From positions 1,519,753 to 1,583,752 of the forward strand of contig CAWJJM010000012.1 of assembly GCA_963843275.1 (NCBI GenBank): a DNA stretch of 64,000 nt. The letters run 5' to 3'. The position numbers were made by a program, and so were the translations under genes. This DNA is from an uncultured Acidobacteriota bacterium (GTDB lineage Bacteria > Acidobacteriota > Thermoanaerobaculia > Multivoradales > JBCCEF01). Below are positions 1 to 8,849 of the stretch, in pieces (within the stretch, counting starts at the first letter, position 1; each line of letters starts with the position of its first letter). A model generated the notes under the pieces. The model made no database searches and was not told the DNA's origin. It saw only the letters and a list, made by a program, of their open reading frames with translations.

Positions 1-1679
1 CGGAGGACGCGGCGCGGCTGGCCCGCGCCCACCCCGGCTGCGCCTTCGTCAGCCGCCAGGGTGTGTGGGCGGCCGGCGGTGCGGTGCACGTCGAGGCGGG
101 CGAGGCCGCCCCCGGGGTTCTCGAGCGCGAGCGCGAGCTGGCCGGTCTCGAGGCCGAAGTGCCCCGCCTCGAGGCCGAGCTGGCCGAGGTCGACGCGTTG
201 CTGGAGCGCCTGGTGGAGCGCCGCTCGGCGCTGGCCAAGGAATCGAACCGCCTGGGCGGCGAGGTCGCCCGGCTGCGGCAGGAGACCGCCGTCGCCGAGG
301 CGCGCCGCGAGGACGCCACCAGCCGCCACGAGCGGCTGCGGATCGAGGGCGAGACGCTGGCCGCCGAGCGCGACGAGGTCGACCGGGAGCTGGCGCGGCG
401 CACCGGCGTCCACCGCGACCTCGCCCACGAGCTCGCCGAGGCGGAGCGCCGTCACGCCGCCCTCGAGGCCGAGCAGGACGCCGCCGCGGGCGAGCTCGGG
501 GCGGCCCAGGAGGAGCGCGAGGCCCTGCGCGAGGCGAGCGCCGGGCGGCGCGGACGGCTGGAGCTGCTGACCGAGCGGCTGGAGGCGCACGACCGCGAGA
601 TGGGACGGCTGCGCGCCGAGTCGGAGGAGGGCGACCGACAGGTCCGCGAGTGGAGCGAGGAGCGCGCCCGCCTGGACGGGGGACGGCGCGAGCTCGCCGG
701 CGAGATCGAAGCCGCCGAAGCGGAGCTCGCCGCCGCCCTGGAGCAGCGCTCCGCCACCGGCGATGCCGTGGTGGCCGCCCAGGAGCGTCTGGACGCGCAC
801 CGCGGCGGCCTGCGCGAGCTGGAGACGCGGATCCACGGCGTCCGCGAGCGCCGCGAGGCGGCGCGCGCCGAGGTCGAGGAGCTGCGGGTACGGCAGGCCG
901 GGCTCGAGCACGACGCCGAGCACGTCGCCGCCACCTGGCGCGAGGAGTTCGCCGAGGCCGACGGCGCCGCCGCGACGCCGCCCCCCGCGGCCGACCCGCC
1001 CGAGCGCCTCGCCGAGCTCGAGGCCGAGCTGGCCCGCACCCGCGCCACCCTCGAGCGCCTGGGACCGGTCAACGTGCTGGCCGTCGACGAGTACGCCGAA
1101 CAGGAGGAGCGCCACGCCTTCCTCACCACCCAGCGGGCCGACGTCGCCGCCTCGGTGGAAAGCCTGCGGCGCACCATCCGCGAGATCAACCAGACCTCCA
1201 GCGAGCGCTTCCGCGAGACCTTCACCGCGGTCAACGCCAGCTTCGCTCAGCTCTTCGCCCGGCTCTTCCGCGGCGGCGAGGCGGAGATGCGGCTGCTCGA
1301 CGAGGAGGACGTGCTGGAGAGCGGCATCGAGATCGTCGCCCGGCCGCCGGGCAAGCGCCTGCAGAACATCCAGCTGATGTCCGGCGGCGAGAAGGCGCTG
1401 ACCGCCATCGCCCTGCTCTTCGCCCTCTTCCACACCAAGCCGTCGCCTTTCTGCATCCTCGACGAGGTCGACGCGCCGCTCGACGACCTCAACACGATGC
1501 GCTTCGCCGAGATGCTCCGCGAGATGGCGCCGGACACCCAGTTCATCGTCATCACCCACAACAAGCTCACCATGGAGTCGGCCGCCACCCTCTACGGCGT
1601 CACCATGGAGGAGAAGGGGGTGTCGAAGCTGGTCTCGGTGGAGCTGGAGGAGACGGCACCCACCCGCGCCACCGCCTGA
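1..1679 (+). CDS. smc: Chromosome segregation protein SMC, C-terminal portion (5' end lies left of the window)
   Basis: The frame of track ORF 63..1679 stays open back to nt 3, so the gene enters from the left edge. A long E/A/R/L coiled-coil is followed by the SMC/ABC signature 'LMSGGEKALTAIALLFA', Walker B 'FCILDEVDAPLD' and 'FIVITHNKLTM'. Confidence 0.9.
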   Translation, partial: EDAARLARAHPGCAFVSRQGVWAAGGAVHVEAGEAAPGVLERERELAGLEAEVPRLEAELAEVDALLERLVERRSALAKESNRLGGEVARLRQETAVAEARREDATSRHERLRIEGETLAAERDEVDRELARRTGVHRDLAHELAEAERRHAALEAEQDAAAGELGAAQEEREALREASAGRRGRLELLTERLEAHDREMGRLRAESEEGDRQVREWSEERARLDGGRRELAGEIEAAEAELAAALEQRSATGDAVVAAQERLDAHRGGLRELETRIHGVRERREAARAEVEELRVRQAGLEHDAEHVAATWREEFAEADGAAATPPPAADPPERLAELEAELARTRATLERLGPVNVLAVDEYAEQEERHAFLTTQRADVAASVESLRRTIREINQTSSERFRETFTAVNASFAQLFARLFRGGEAEMRLLDEEDVLESGIEIVARPPGKRLQNIQLMSGGEKALTAIALLFALFHTKPSPFCILDEVDAPLDDLNTMRFAEMLREMAPDTQFIVITHNKLTMESAATLYGVTMEEKGVSKLVSVELEETAPTRATA

Positions 1680-1729
1680 ACCGGGGCGGATGCGGGAGGA
1701 CCTGCGGCGTCGCTGCTCGCTTGGGCGGG

Positions 1730-2245
1730 TCAGCGCGAGGGCGTGGCTCGGCGGCGGCCGCGGGGGCGGGGGCGGGGGACGAGGATGCCGAGGGCGGCGC
1801 CGAGCATGGCGCCGGTGGTGTTGAACAGGACGTCGTCGACGTCGCTGGCGCGGCTGGGCATCCAGAGCTGGGCGGTCTCGATCCCCGCCGACAGCACCAG
1901 GGCGACCGCGGTCGCCACCAGGAAGCGGCGACGGCGGGTGCGGCCCGGGTGGGCCGCCGCCACGGTCAGCCCGACCGGCACGAACAGCAGCAGGTTGCCG
2001 ACCACGTCGACCAGCAGGTAGCGGGCGGCGGCGGCGGCGTGCACGCAGTCGTCGGCGAGCACGCAGCGCAGCGCCGCCAGGTGGTGCCGCAGCGGCACGA
2101 CGTTGCGGCCGGTGAGGTTCTGCCAGCCGACCAGCTCGTCCTCGCGCAGGGTGAGCCCGACGACCAGCGCCACCGCCAGCAACGCGGCGACGGCCCAGAG
2201 CAGCCGCACCCGCTCCGCCCGCCGGCGCGTCCGCCTAGCGCCCAC
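1730..2245 (-). CDS. VanZ-like family membrane protein
   Basis: Last ~171 codons of track ORF 1730..2629. Hydrophobic segments are present, plus the VanZ-like strings 'GNLLLFVPVG' and 'ETAQLWMPSRASDVDDVLFNTTGAMLG'. I chose the GTG at 2245 as start because the upstream part is Arg-rich shadow. The start is uncertain. Confidence 0.6.
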   Translation of the reverse strand: MGARRTRRRAERVRLLWAVAALLAVALVVGLTLREDELVGWQNLTGRNVVPLRHHLAALRCVLADDCVHAAAAARYLLVDVVGNLLLFVPVGLTVAAAHPGRTRRRRFLVATAVALVLSAGIETAQLWMPSRASDVDDVLFNTTGAMLGAALGILVPRPRPRGRRRATPSR

Positions 2246-2414
2246 GATCGTCCTCGCCGCGGACGCACCGGTGCCCGCCGGGGGACGGAGGCTGCGGGCC
2301 GAGATCCATGGTGCGCGGTTTCTACCACCGGGTCCCGCGGCGGACAACGCGGACCCTCTGCGGCCGGGCCGCCGGCGCCGGCCACCACCACCGCGGGCTG
2401 CTAACCTGCCACCG

Positions 2415-3173
2415 ATGCACACGCTGGGCCGATTCGCCCGCGCACCGGCGCGGCCGGCAGCTCCCCAACCCGGCGAGATCCACGTCTGGGCGGTGCCGCT
2501 CGAAGCGCCGGCGGCGCGCGTCGAGGCGCTCGCGGCGCTGCTGGCGGCGGACGAGTCGGCGCGGGCGGCGCGCCTGCGCTTCCCGCGCCACCGGCGCCGC
2601 TTCACCGTCGGCCGGGGCGCCCTGCGCACCCTGATCGGTCGCTACCTCGACCTGGCGCCGGAGGCGGTGGCCTTCCGCTACGGGCCGAAGGGCAAACCCT
2701 ACCTCGACGGCGCCGCGGCGGCGGCCGGGCTGGAGCTCAACCTGAGCAACTCCGGGGACCTCGCCGTGGTGGCCTTCTCGCGCCGCGTCGAGGTCGGCGT
2801 CGATCTCGAGCGGCTCCGCCCGCAACCGGAAGCGCTGGCCATCGCCGAGCGCTTCTTCTCTCCGGCGGAGCGCGGGGTGCTGCGCGGGCTCGAGGGGGAG
2901 GAGCGGATGCGGGCGTTCTTCCGCTGCTGGACGCGGAAGGAAGCGTTCCTCAAGGCGCTGGGAGCGGGGATCACCGTACCCCTCGACGCCTTCGACGTGT
3001 CGCTCGGCCCGGGCGAGGCGCCGGCCCTGGCCCGGATCGAAGGCGACGCGGCCCGCGCCGCTGGCTGGACCCTGTGGCACCTCGAGCCCGCGCCCGGCTA
3101 CCTGGGCGCCGTGGCCCTGCCGCGGCCGCCCGGGGAGGGCTGGCGCGCCACCGGCTGGCGGTGGTGGGGCTGA
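2415..3173 (+). CDS. Sfp-type 4'-phosphopantetheinyl transferase
   Basis: ATG at 2415, in frame inside track ORF 2103..3173. Motifs present: 'GPKGKPYL', 'LNLSNSGDLAVVAF', 'VGVDLERL' and 'FFRCWTRKEAFLKALG' (the W/KEA motif of Sfp-type PPTases). Confidence 0.85.
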   Translation: MHTLGRFARAPARPAAPQPGEIHVWAVPLEAPAARVEALAALLAADESARAARLRFPRHRRRFTVGRGALRTLIGRYLDLAPEAVAFRYGPKGKPYLDGAAAAAGLELNLSNSGDLAVVAFSRRVEVGVDLERLRPQPEALAIAERFFSPAERGVLRGLEGEERMRAFFRCWTRKEAFLKALGAGITVPLDAFDVSLGPGEAPALARIEGDAARAAGWTLWHLEPAPGYLGAVALPRPPGEGWRATGWRWWG

Positions 3174-3192
3174 GCGCCCGCGGCCGGGGCGA

Positions 3193-3426
3193 TCAGGCCC
3201 GCGTCGGCTCGTCGGCGGCGGCCTCCTGCTCCATCCTGCGCCGCAGGCTGAGAGGCCGCATGTCCGTCCACACCTCCTGGATGTGGTCCAGGCACTCCTG
3301 CTTGGTCCGCGGCTCGCCGACCGCCGACCAGCCCAGCGGCATCTCGCGGTCGGCCGGCCAGATCGAGTACTGCTCCTCGTGGTTCACGACCACCCTGTAG
3401 AGCACGCCCTCGTCGTCATCGAACAC
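3193..3426 (-). CDS. MbtH-like protein
   Basis: Last 78 codons of track ORF 3193..4758, with GTG at 3426. 'YRVVVNHEEQYSIWPADREMPLGW...ECLDHIQEVWTDMRPLSL' is the MbtH signature with its three conserved Trp. The rest of the 521-aa ORF is antisense shadow of the CDF gene. Confidence 0.85.
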   Translation of the reverse strand: MFDDDEGVLYRVVVNHEEQYSIWPADREMPLGWSAVGEPRTKQECLDHIQEVWTDMRPLSLRRRMEQEAAADEPTRA

Positions 3427-3567
3427 GATCCACCCCTTCCCGGACGAAATGATCGGATCCCTCACCGGTTCGAGTGCGTGCCGGCCCGGTTTGGGGGACA
3501 GGGGCGAGGCGCGGAACGGTACACTGCCGCCGGCGCCGGCACGACCGTTGCGCCCGGAGTCGAAGCG

Positions 3568-4470
3568 ATGGAGACCCAGCATTCCCACGGCGGCGACGGC
3601 CACTCCCACGGGCGCGGTGCCGGCCGGCGCCGCCTCGCCTGGACCCTCGCCCTGGTGGCCGCCTACACCGCGGCGGAGGCCGTCGGCGGCTGGCTGACCA
3701 ACTCGCTGGCGCTGCTCGCCGATGCCGGCCACATGCTCTCGGACGCCGGCTCCCTCGGGCTCGCCCTGTTCGCCCTGTGGATGGCGCGCCGGCCGCCCAC
3801 CGCGCAGCGCACCTTCGGCTACCACCGCATGGAGATCCTCGCCGCGCTGGTCAACGGCGCCGCCCTGGTGGCGATCGCCGTGTTCATCGCCGTCGAGGCG
3901 ATCGCGCGCCTGGCGCAGCCGCCGGAGGTGGCGGCGGGCGGCATGATGGCGGTCGCCGCGGGCGGGCTCGCGGTCAACCTCGCCGGCCTCGCGATCCTGC
4001 ACGGCGGGCGCGACCAGAGCCTCAACCTGCGCGGCGTCTGGCTGCACGTGCTCACCGACACGCTCGGCAGCGTCCAGGCGATCGCCGCCGGGGCGCTGAT
4101 CTGGGCCTTCGGTTGGCGCTGGGCGGACCCGGTCGCCTCGCTCGCGATCTCCGTGCTGGTGGTGTGGTCGGCCTGGTCGCTGCTGCGCGAGACGGTGGGG
4201 GTGCTGATGGAGTGGGCGCCGGGTCACATCGACGTCGACCGGGTCCGCGACGAGCTGCACCGGGTGCCCGGCGTGCTCGAGGTCCACGACCTCCACGTCT
4301 GGACCATCACCAGCGGTCTCGAGTCGCTGTCGGCCCACGTCGTGGCCCGCGACCGCCCCCAGGAGGACGTTCTCCAGGAGATCCGCAGCACGCTCCACCG
4401 CCGCTTCGGCATCGAGCACGTCACCATCCAGGTCGAGCCCGAGGAGTTCGGCGGGTGCGAGAGTTGCTGA
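3568..4470 (+). CDS. Cation diffusion facilitator (CzcD/ZitB-like) metal efflux protein
   Basis: ATG at 3568 inside track ORF 3283..4470. There is a His-rich N-terminus 'HSHGGDGHSHG' and six TM segments. CDF motifs present: 'SLALLADAGHMLSD', 'FGYHRMEILAAL', 'HVLTDTLGS'. The C-terminal domain reads 'VHDLHVWTITSG'. Confidence 0.9.
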   Translation: METQHSHGGDGHSHGRGAGRRRLAWTLALVAAYTAAEAVGGWLTNSLALLADAGHMLSDAGSLGLALFALWMARRPPTAQRTFGYHRMEILAALVNGAALVAIAVFIAVEAIARLAQPPEVAAGGMMAVAAGGLAVNLAGLAILHGGRDQSLNLRGVWLHVLTDTLGSVQAIAAGALIWAFGWRWADPVASLAISVLVVWSAWSLLRETVGVLMEWAPGHIDVDRVRDELHRVPGVLEVHDLHVWTITSGLESLSAHVVARDRPQEDVLQEIRSTLHRRFGIEHVTIQVEPEEFGGCESC

Positions 4471-4539
4471 CCTCCGGCGCCGGGAACGGCCGCCGGCGAT
4501 AGACTCGGCCGGATCTGTCGTCAAGAGAGGACCTCGAGC

Positions 4540-5109
4540 ATGACGCGCGTGTCGTTGTGGACGTCCGACGCGGTCTACGAGGGCGAGGTCGAGCTGACCA
4601 AGCCCGGGGGCCGCGAGGCCCGCTTCCTCGACGTGCTGCGCAACCCGCAGCTCGTCGGCGGCGGAGCGATCGGCGCCGCGCCCTCGCTCTCCCTGACCGA
4701 CGTCCAGCGGGAGGCGCGGCCCGCCGGCGGCCGCCGCAGTCTCCCCGGGGCGGTCCACCTGCGGCCGGCGACGATCGTGGCCGGCTACGACCTCGTGCCG
4801 CCCGGTCGCGGGCCCTCGGCGGCCCCGGTCTACGAGGGGCGCGCCGCCACCGCCACCGCCCGGGTGCTGGTCTGCCTGGAGGGCAACCTCCAGGCCGAGG
4901 GCACGGTGGCCGGCGGCGTGCGCTCGCTCGACGGCGTGCGGGCCGCGACCTTCGTGGCATTGACCGAGGTGCTGCTGGTCGACGCCGCCCGGGCGCGCCA
5001 GGCCCAGCTGCCGTTCGTCGCCGTCAACACCGCCCGCATCGAGAGCTACGCCATCCTCGACGAGGGCGGCGAGGAGGCGCCCGAGGAGCCCGGCGCGGCG
5101 CCGGACTGA
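4540..5109 (+). CDS. Hypothetical protein built from two related ~80-aa halves
   Basis: Track ORF with an SD-like 'AGAGAGGA' upstream. GC3-rich codon use and a natural amino-acid composition. It lies 8 nt upstream of the next gene. I do not recognise a family. Confidence 0.6.
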   Translation: MTRVSLWTSDAVYEGEVELTKPGGREARFLDVLRNPQLVGGGAIGAAPSLSLTDVQREARPAGGRRSLPGAVHLRPATIVAGYDLVPPGRGPSAAPVYEGRAATATARVLVCLEGNLQAEGTVAGGVRSLDGVRAATFVALTEVLLVDAARARQAQLPFVAVNTARIESYAILDEGGEEAPEEPGAAPD

Positions 5110-5117
5110 GCCCCGCC

Positions 5118-6260
5118 GTGCCCCTCTCGCTGGTCGCCACCTGCGCCCTCGGGCTCGAGGAGATCCTCGCCGGCGAGCTCCGTGCCGCCGGCGCCCGCGA
5201 CGTGGCGCCGCAGCGGGGCGCGGTCGCCTTCCGCGGCGGCTGGAGCGACGCCTGGCGGGCCAACTGGCGCCTGCGGACGGCGAACCGGGTGCTGGTGGCC
5301 CTGGGCGAGTGGGAGGCGGGCGACGGCGATGCCCTGGCGGCGGGCGCCGGCGCCCTGGTCGGCGGGAACCGGAGCTGGGACGGGGTCCGCGCCGGCGACC
5401 TCTTCCACCCGCGCCGCAGCTTCGCGGTGCGCGCCACCTCGGCGCGCTCGCGGCTGCGCGACACCCGCTGGCTGGCGTTGCGGCTCAAGGACGGTCTGGT
5501 CGACGCCCAGCGCCGGCGCTGGGGGCGCCGCGCCGACGTCGACCGCTCCGAGCCCGACCTGCCGCTGCGCGTCTGGCTGTCGAACGACCGCGCCACCCTT
5601 CTCCTCGACACCTCCGGCACGTCGCTCGACCACCGCGGCTACCGCCTCGAGCGCACGGTGGCGCCGCTGCGCGAGCACCTCGCGGCGGCCTGCGTGCTGG
5701 CCTCGGGCTGGGACGGCCGCGGACCGGTGGTCGACCCGATGTGCGGCTCGGGCACCCTGCTCGCCGAGGCCGGCGCCTGGGCCCTCGGGCTGGCCCCCGG
5801 CCGCGCCCGCCGGGGCTGGGCGTTCGAGGGCTTCCCGGGATTCGACCGCGCCGCGTGGCTGGCGATCCGCGCCGAGCCGCTCGCCGCTCCCGGCCCGGAC
5901 GTCGCCCTGTTCGGCGTCGATCGCTCCCGCGAGGCGATCGCCGCCGCCGGGGCCAACCTCGAGCGCGCCGGCCTCGAAGGGCGCGCCACCCTCGCCGCCG
6001 GCGACGCCTTCGACTTCGTACCACCTCCCGGTCCCGGGCTGCTGCTGGTCAACCCCGCCTACGGGGAGCGGCTGAGCGCCGAGCCCGACCAGTGGCCCCG
6101 TCTCGGCGACCTCCTCAAGCAGCGCTACGCCGGTTGGCGCGCCGCGGTCGTGGCCGGCGGCCGCGACCGCGGCAAGCACCTCGGCCTGCGCCCGCGCCGC
6201 CGCCTGCCGGTGCGCAACGGGCCGTTGGAGGTGCGCCTGCTGCTCCTCGACCTCTACTGA
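5118..6260 (+). CDS. THUMP-domain class I SAM-dependent RNA (guanine/adenine-N) methyltransferase, RlmL/YpsC-like
   Basis: GTG at 5118 inside track ORF 4557..6260. N-terminal THUMP-like region, SAM motif I 'VDPMCGSGTLLAEA' and catalytic motif IV 'LLLVNPAYGERL'. Confidence 0.85.
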   Translation: MPLSLVATCALGLEEILAGELRAAGARDVAPQRGAVAFRGGWSDAWRANWRLRTANRVLVALGEWEAGDGDALAAGAGALVGGNRSWDGVRAGDLFHPRRSFAVRATSARSRLRDTRWLALRLKDGLVDAQRRRWGRRADVDRSEPDLPLRVWLSNDRATLLLDTSGTSLDHRGYRLERTVAPLREHLAAACVLASGWDGRGPVVDPMCGSGTLLAEAGAWALGLAPGRARRGWAFEGFPGFDRAAWLAIRAEPLAAPGPDVALFGVDRSREAIAAAGANLERAGLEGRATLAAGDAFDFVPPPGPGLLLVNPAYGERLSAEPDQWPRLGDLLKQRYAGWRAAVVAGGRDRGKHLGLRPRRRLPVRNGPLEVRLLLLDLY

Positions 6261-6301
6261 CCCGTCACCGTCTTCGCCTCGTTCGATCCCCTCCTCTGCC
6301 G

Positions 6302-8107
6302 CTAGGTGAGCGGCCAGACGATGGGCAGCACCAGCATCACCACCGCGAACAGCAGCACCAGCAGCGGCGCGCCGACCCGCCAGTAGTCGCGGAACGAGTA
6401 ACCGCCCGCGCCCATCACCAGCAGGTTGACGGGGTGGCCCAGGGGCGAGGCGAAGGCCATCGAGGTGCCCAGGGCCACGGCCATCGCGACGCTGCGCGGC
6501 TCCATCCCCGCCTGGGTCGCCGCGGTGATCGCCACCGGTGCCATCATCGCGGCCACCGCGGCGCCGTTGATCGCCTGCACCAGCACCGCGGTCAGCAGGA
6601 ACAGACCGGCGAGCACGGCGCGCGGTCCCCAGCCACCCACCAGGGCGAGTACCGCGTCCGCCATCAGGGTGGCGGCGCCGGTCTTGGTCAGGGCCACGCC
6701 CAGCGGCAGCATGCCGGCGACGAGGAAGACGGTGCGCCACTCCACCGCCTGGTAGGCCTGGTCCATGGTGAGGAGGCCGACGAGCACCATCGCCAACGCC
6801 CCGGAGAGGATCACCTCTCCCGTGGGCAGCGGCGCCAGGATGGCGACCGCGAGGGTGACGACGGTGATGCCGAGGCCGAGCCAGCGGCGGCCGCGGGGCA
6901 GCGGAGCGCGGCGCTCCCGCTCCTCGTGCAGCAGGATGAGGTCCGGCTCGTCCCCGAGCACGTCGAGGCTCTTGCGCTCCCCCTGCAGGAGCAGGCCGTC
7001 GCCGAACTCCAGCGCCAGGTCGGGGAGGTCGTCGGTCACCGGCTGTCCGGCCCGCCAGACCGCCAACACGGTCATCCCGAGGCGGCTGCGGAAGTGCGCC
7101 TCGCGCAGGGTCTTGCCGACCAGCGACGAGCGCGGCGACAGCATCGCCTCGACCACCACCGTGCGCCGCGACTCGAGGTCCTGCTCGCGCCAGTCGCGCG
7201 CCGGCAGGATCTCCAGGTAGGGCTCGACGTCGCGCTGGCGGAAGTCGGCCTCGTCGCCCTGGAACACCAACACGTCGCCCTCCTCGACCACGGAGTCGGG
7301 GGCCAGGGTGTGGATCGTCCGCTCGCCCCGCTCGATCGCCACCACGCTGAGGCGGTAGAGCTCGCGCAGGGTGCTTTCGGCCAGGGTGCTGCCGACCAGT
7401 CGCGAGCCCGCTGGCACGCGGGCCCGGAAGAGGCGCTCCTCGAGGCGGTAGATGCCCACCAGGTCCGGGGTCGAGGCGGGGAAACGCTGGGCCATCGACT
7501 GTGCCGGCAGCCGCCGGCGCCCGACCAGCGCCATGTAGAGGATCCCGACGGCGACGATCGGCAGGCCGACCGGGGCGAAGTCGAGCAGGCCGAAGCCCGC
7601 GCTTCCGGAGTCGCGCAGCAGGCTGCCCACCACGATGTTGCTGGTGGTCAGCAGGGTCGCCATGCCGCCCATCACCGTGGCGAAGGCGAGCGGCATCAGC
7701 AGCCGCGACGGGCTCACCCGGGCGCGCTGCGCCGCCGCGGAGACGCCGGGCAGCAGCACCGCCGCCGCGGCGATGTTGTTCATCACCAGCGAGAAGGTGG
7801 CACCGGCCAGCATCACCACCACCACCATCCTCGTCTCGCTACCGCCGGAGACGCGCGCGATCCAGCCGCCGGTGAGCTCGGCGATGCCGCTGCGCTGCAG
7901 GCCTTCGGCGAGGATGAAGATGGCGAGGATGGTGATGACCGCGGATCGGCTGAAGCCGGAGAAGGTCTCCTGCGGGGTCAGCACGCCGGTGGCGCCGAGG
8001 ACCAGCACCGCGAGCAACGCCACCACGTCCGGGCGCAGCCGGTCGCTGACCATGAGCACCGCCGCCACCACCAGCACCGCCAGGGTGATCCCGGCCGCGG
8101 CGCTCAT
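6302..8107 (-). CDS. SLC13/DASS-family anion permease with two central TrkA-C (RCK C-terminal) domains
   Basis: 601-aa track ORF. It has N- and C-terminal polytopic membrane halves. Two soluble repeats sit between them ('VPAGSRLVGSTLAE...VVAIERGERT' and 'LSPRSSLVGKTLRE...VLAVWRAGQP'), typical of TrkA-C inserts. Confidence 0.85.
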   Translation of the reverse strand: MSAAAGITLAVLVVAAVLMVSDRLRPDVVALLAVLVLGATGVLTPQETFSGFSRSAVITILAIFILAEGLQRSGIAELTGGWIARVSGGSETRMVVVVMLAGATFSLVMNNIAAAAVLLPGVSAAAQRARVSPSRLLMPLAFATVMGGMATLLTTSNIVVGSLLRDSGSAGFGLLDFAPVGLPIVAVGILYMALVGRRRLPAQSMAQRFPASTPDLVGIYRLEERLFRARVPAGSRLVGSTLAESTLRELYRLSVVAIERGERTIHTLAPDSVVEEGDVLVFQGDEADFRQRDVEPYLEILPARDWREQDLESRRTVVVEAMLSPRSSLVGKTLREAHFRSRLGMTVLAVWRAGQPVTDDLPDLALEFGDGLLLQGERKSLDVLGDEPDLILLHEERERRAPLPRGRRWLGLGITVVTLAVAILAPLPTGEVILSGALAMVLVGLLTMDQAYQAVEWRTVFLVAGMLPLGVALTKTGAATLMADAVLALVGGWGPRAVLAGLFLLTAVLVQAINGAAVAAMMAPVAITAATQAGMEPRSVAMAVALGTSMAFASPLGHPVNLLVMGAGGYSFRDYWRVGAPLLVLLFAVVMLVLPIVWPLT

Positions 8108-8288
8108 CGCTCCCTCCCCCGCCCTCGCATCGCCGCCGATCCTACTGTGCCGACGGCCGTTGCGGGTCGAACCGGTGGCCGCAGCGGTCCCCGTTCGCCG
8201 GAGGGTCGGGCCGCTCGACGCCGGCGGCGAGCCGCGCGACCGGCTCCCCGGCGGACCGGCAGGGGACGCTTCGGGCTAGGATTCCGGC

Positions 8289-8819
8289 ATGAGCAGCCCT
8301 CCTCTCCTCCGGCCGGTGGCCGGCGACGCGGCCCCCTACTACTTCACCTACATCGACCAGGTGCCCGACGGAGACGTGCTCGACGTGCTCGCCGGCGGCG
8401 TCGCGGAGACCCGCCAGCGCCTCGCCGGGCTCCCCCCCGAGCGCGAGGCACACCGCTACGCGCCGGGCAAGTGGTCGCTGCGCGAGGTGATCGGCCACGT
8501 GGTCGACGCCGAGCGCGTCTTCGGCTTCCGCGCCTTCCACATCGCCCGCGGCGACACGGCGCCGCTGCCCTCGATGGACCAGGACGCCTACGCCGCCCTG
8601 TCGGGAGCGGCCGACCGTCCGCTGGCCGATCTCCTCGACGAGCTCGATCACCTGCGCGCCGCCCACCTGCGGCTGTTCCGCGCCCTCGACGCCGCGGCCT
8701 GGGAGCGCACCGGGTCCGCCTCGGGCGTCCCGTTCAAGGCGCGGGCCCTGCCGTTCGTGATGGCGGGTCACGAGATCCACCACCGCCGCATCCTCACCGA
8801 GCGCTACCTCGCGCCCTGA
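8289..8819 (+). CDS. DinB-superfamily (DinB_2-like) metal-dependent protein
   Basis: Track ORF. Four-helix pattern with spaced His residues: 'WSLREVIGHVVDAERVF' and 'FVMAGHEIHHRRIL'. Confidence 0.8.
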   Translation: MSSPPLLRPVAGDAAPYYFTYIDQVPDGDVLDVLAGGVAETRQRLAGLPPEREAHRYAPGKWSLREVIGHVVDAERVFGFRAFHIARGDTAPLPSMDQDAYAALSGAADRPLADLLDELDHLRAAHLRLFRALDAAAWERTGSASGVPFKARALPFVMAGHEIHHRRILTERYLAP

Positions 8820-8849
8820 CCCGGCCGGCGGCGGCGGCGACCCGATCGC

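Noticed and set aside
3427-4758. Upstream 440 codons of track ORF 3193..4758.
   Set aside because: This is the antisense of the clearly supported CDF exporter and is Arg/Gly-rich. Only the terminal MbtH-like 78 codons look real.
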